A DNA stretch of 64,000 bases from Tubiluchus corallicola. Its lineage: Eukaryota; Animalia; Priapulida. Numbering within the stretch: the stretch's first letter is position 1; every line of letters starts with the position of its first letter. Position numbers and translations under genes: made by a program. Where the stretch lies: assembly GCA_030141605.1 (NCBI GenBank), contig JAQGDQ010000035.1, forward strand, positions 1 through 64,000, read 5' to 3'. Below are positions 59,876 through 64,000 of the stretch, one piece after another. The notes under the pieces were generated by a model. That model had not been told where the DNA came from. It worked only from the letters and a program-made list of their open reading frames with translations, and did not search any database.

Positions 59876-61984
59876 CTCTGTTTGCGTTCATCCAAAAAAA
59901 GTGTGCTGAGATATTCACCTGCTTTCGTACAAATGTTCACACTTCACAACTAATATTTGAACAATTAATATCCCCAGCTTTTTTACTGATTGCTTTCTGA
60001 TCGTAGTTTAAGCTGTTTGTGGAAGTAGTGTGTGCTTCGGTGAAATTGCTTTGGAGTGAGACTGCTACGCCACAAACTTTGCTTCATCAATATAGCAAAG
60101 GCATTATTGATTTGCTATTGCGGCAGATAGATCTCCTTAACATGCGTCTCCTATGTGTACAATACTCTTTGAAGAGTGACTAATTCTTTAATGTTTTATG
60201 ACATGCAATTTACTTATGAAAGGCTGGCTTTTAAGTTTTTGAACTTTTCTATAAGCCATTTATCTAATGCAATAGCTCTCTTGATACTTAATGTGAATGC
60301 AACAGGAATAGACAGCATTTTAAGTGTTATTATGATTCTTAGCATTAATTTTAGCCGTTAAGTAAATTTTGTGTGCCAATCATTCACTCAACAGATCAAA
60401 ATACCTGACAAAATAGTTTGACCTTGAAAATATTGATGAAAACATATTTAAATAAACTTGGAGATTGAAATTGCATGAAGTTTGAATACATGCAAATTTT
60501 ACGCTTCATCACATGAATGGTACAATGATAACACAAAATATCCTTTTCTTTTACTATTTTTACAGCAGTTTATTTAGCATTACAAAAAAGTAGACACTTT
60601 TTATTAATGTTAATAAGTAATAAGTAATAATATTTGCATGTCTGAGGAGTAAAACTCTGTATGGCAAATTTACTGAATTATCCTGGCTGGGTTTTAAAAT
60701 TTTTTAAAACAAACTACCAAATTCATTCTTTGGCTAGAACTTTCTGCAGGAAGAGAAATTAATTTGATTAAAATTGAACCAAGGAAGTTTGTTCTGTGAG
60801 TGTTTTGATTGAATGATTGATTTTGATGTTTTTGATTTCTGAATTGATTTGTTAATTGTTCAATAGCAACTGTTTAACTAATTTTTCAAGAACATGTTGC
60901 ATTATTTGCTTGAAATTTTGAAACATTGAATAGGAATTGTTTAACCAATTTTTTGTAAGAAAGTGTGGTTCATGTGCATTATGTGCCATTGCTGTAGCTG
61001 TGCATCCATCATAAATTTCATGCTCTTGACACTGTTTGACAGTCTGTAGTTTAGTTCATGGATTTATGACCCATTTATGAAGTGAAAAATTGCTTGCATT
61101 GTGCAAGTTCTTATACATGCATGTGCTTAATGAAAGGATAGGCTGTTTTTATTTATTTTTTGTAGTAAAAATACTATAATTATTTTAGTCATAATATTTT
61201 CTTAAGTAGCCATTTTCAAATAGATGAAATATAGCATAACTTTCTATTTTTGTAGTCAATCTATTTGAAAATCATTGCTTGAGAAACTTGTCTAAAAGGA
61301 CCTGTATTTCCTGTCATTTTGTTTACTTTAGCCTGTGTGTGTGTTAGTCTCTATGGCAGACAAACTTTTGTTTTCATAAATCAGGGATTTTCCACAAATA
61401 TCAATATTTGATTACTTCTTCTTTTCATTCATTTGAACAAACATTTCTTCACAGAAAATCGACTGGTATCCATTACATTATAATTGATTTGTGGTTTAAT
61501 CAATTCTTGAGTTTTGTGTATGCATAAAGGACTTGTTCATTAATGCGTACAAAAATAAACGTAAAGTTGTAAAACAGCTAAGAAATATGTAAGAGGAAGT
61601 TCTGTAAGCTCTATCTGGAGGAATGGGTTCAGCTTTTTTCTTTTTTTTATGTTATGCCCTGCAAGGTATGTGGGTAGGTAAGTAATTTCATATCATTATC
61701 TGTTGATGCATATCTGGGAGTAAGTGAGGGCTGGAACTAGCATACATACCTACATACATACGTGCGTGCGTGCCTGAGAGTGCCTTCTCATTGTTATTGA
61801 ATTCAGGTCCCTATCAGTTCCCGACGGATGTGCTGCTGAAATTCACTGTGGTGGAGCAGTGCAAGTTAGTGCTTCATATGCACGGGTTAATCCACTTTAA
61901 TGGCACTACTGGCATAGTGATGCTGCTTGCAATTTCTGAAGCATGTAACTTCCTTTTAGGACCCTAATCAAGTTTTGATCTGTT

Positions 61985-62110
61985 TGTCTGTCTGGCTGGC
62001 TGGCTGGCTGACTAGCTGACTGACTGTCTGACTGACTGACTGACTGACTGACTGACTGACTGACTGACTGACTGACTGACTGACTGACTGACTGACTGAC
62101 TGACTGACTG
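61985..62110. repeat. (GACT)n microsatellite
   Basis: Seen directly; source of the SQSV repeats in the 129-aa ORF. Confidence 0.92.
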
Positions 62111-62543
62111 ATTTTTAATTTAATTTGATTTAATATTTTATTTCGTAATGTTAAGTAACAATGTAACAAACTACACCAATGACGTCTAATTACAGAAGAA
62201 AAGTTTACATCACTGTTTAAAATGCTCTTGCATATAAAATTTTCACTCTTCTTCAGCCTGACATGTAAACTGTATGCACATTTTCTGTGAATCACATCAA
62301 AATAAATAAGATTGTCTAGTAGAAATATATTTGACGCTCATATCATATGAAAAGTTAAACAGCTTCCGTGTTGATACATTATATGCAACCTTGAGTTTTG
62401 CTAAGATTGTAAGAATAAAAATGTCTCCAAGTGGACATACAATAAAAAGTAGTGCAGTAAGCATTAAACAATTGTCTCTTCATGTTAACTGAACAGAGAG
62501 TAAATTTCATGAGTAATTTATTTGCTCTACCATAGTAAATTAA
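62111..62543 (-). mobile_element. 5'-truncated LINE 3' end (frameshifted ORF2 C-terminus)
   Basis: IYYGRANKLLMKFTLCSVNMKRQLFNAYCTTFYCMSTW / KLKVAYN...RKLF / FDVIHRKCAYSLHVRLKKSENFICKSILNSD...RRHW; AATAAA near 62140; GACT repeats on both sides. Confidence 0.7.
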
Positions 62544-64000
62544 ACTGACTGACTGACTGTGTGTCTGTGTGACTGACCTTTTGTCTGCCTATCTCTCTAT
62601 GTGTTTCTTATCTATGATTATAAGTTTTATAATTTGGTGGGTGGACCATTTTGGCAGTTCCAGTCAGATAATAAAAATTATTTATTATTTAACTTTTATT
62701 TCATTATTCTTCATATGTAAAGAAAACTTAGCCTTTAAAGAGTGAAAGACTGCTGACCTAAATCAAACACACCACTTCTAGTGCTGCTAAACTGAAAATG
62801 ATTTTGTGATCTGTCAAGTGGATACAGGCAACTATGTATGAATGTTGCATGGAATGCAATGGTCACATCAGTTAATGCAACTTCACAGATGTGACTATAG
62901 TACATCTAAAAGTCAGGTGGTTGATTTTTAAGCTTATGTGTTGCAACAGGGCAGTTATTACAAATCCAATACAGACATCTTACTTTTCTTATCTTATCTT
63001 ACTCATGTAAGAGACTTCACTCGTCGAAGGTCAGACGACAGGTCAAGGCCAAGCAAGTGTACATAAGACTGATTCGAAAAATACAATGCTTACATGTTTT
63101 GTAATGTTTTCATGTTCCTTGTGTACCTTTTATACTGAAATAAACTAATCTAATCTAATCTAAGTGTAGTTTTGTGAGGGTTGATAGAAAATGATGTAAG
63201 CTTTGCTTTCATTGCATTGAAGGTGGCAAGTCAGTCTTAGTTCAACTGCTAGCCTACTTTGAAATGCATTCCAAGCTTTACTAGTTGTCTATGTCTCTAT
63301 GACTGCAAGTTATTGCTTAAAGGATGACAGGATGATTTTTCATATACTACTCCATTTTCAAACCCTATAGAAAGTACACATTTTTACACAATTAATACTG
63401 CAAAAGCATTTCTGATAATTAAATTATAGATAAAAACTTAATTAATGGCAGACCAGCCCAACTATTAATGACATCATAAACTAACATAACTTTCAACAGC
63501 AAAAATCTTCCACGGGCGTGTTGCACGTGTTTGCGAAGCGTAAATCTAAGTACAGTGCTAGTGTTCTACTAAGACTAGGCAAATTTTAAGATAAAAATTC
63601 AAATTTCAAATTTACTGCTATGGTGAGGTACAGCATCTATTTTTTATGCAATGTGTTTCCGAAATGCAGGCACTAGTGCCCGTCTAACTAGCAAATGGCA
63701 AAATGCACGTAACAGCGAAGAACTTGTGGCGTAAACGCGAAATTATGTTTTTGTGGTAATAATTCTTTCACGTAGTCATTTTTGAAACGATAGTATGTTT
63801 CCTTTCAGTATTTTAAAGAGTAGACTGTTTTGCTTACAGTTTAAGATTTGATCCGGTTTTGCTTTAAGCATCTTGGAGATTGACTAATGAAACTTTTAGC
63901 TATGCTGCTTCCTATGTGGTTCAGCATGGGAATCCTTGCTGGTTGAGCTTCATATTTTCTCAGCTAATTAGTAGCAAGTAAAAGCATGTAAGTGAACAAC

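Noticed and set aside
61906-62295. 129-aa ORF with SQSV repeats
   Set aside because: A LINE C-terminal remnant read through into (GACT)n, not a host gene.

Overview
AT-rich, intron-dense eukaryotic DNA, most likely from an invertebrate animal. Most of the window is the 5' roughly two-thirds of a + strand SMG1 gene, the PIKK-family kinase of nonsense-mediated decay (NMD). I assembled 48 GT-AG coding exons by hand from 4086 to 52483. They are phase-consistent and give 6690 nt, about 2230 aa, running from the N-terminal HEAT region through FAT and FRB into the kinase domain ([20 protein letters not shown]). I could not find the next expected exon in the window, so 52484-64000 is read as one intron of more than 11.5 kb. 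That intron holds an intact antisense class A GPCR gene with an intronless CDS (58799-59875). Introns carry many repeats: hAT-, piggyBac-, Tc1/mariner- and Kolobok-like MITEs, 5'-truncated LINE ends, a tRNA-derived SINE head, a 46-bp minisatellite, microsatellites, and a long palindrome resembling inverted Penelope-like terminal repeats with a candidate minimal hammerhead ribozyme. All homology calls come from recalled motifs, not database searches.
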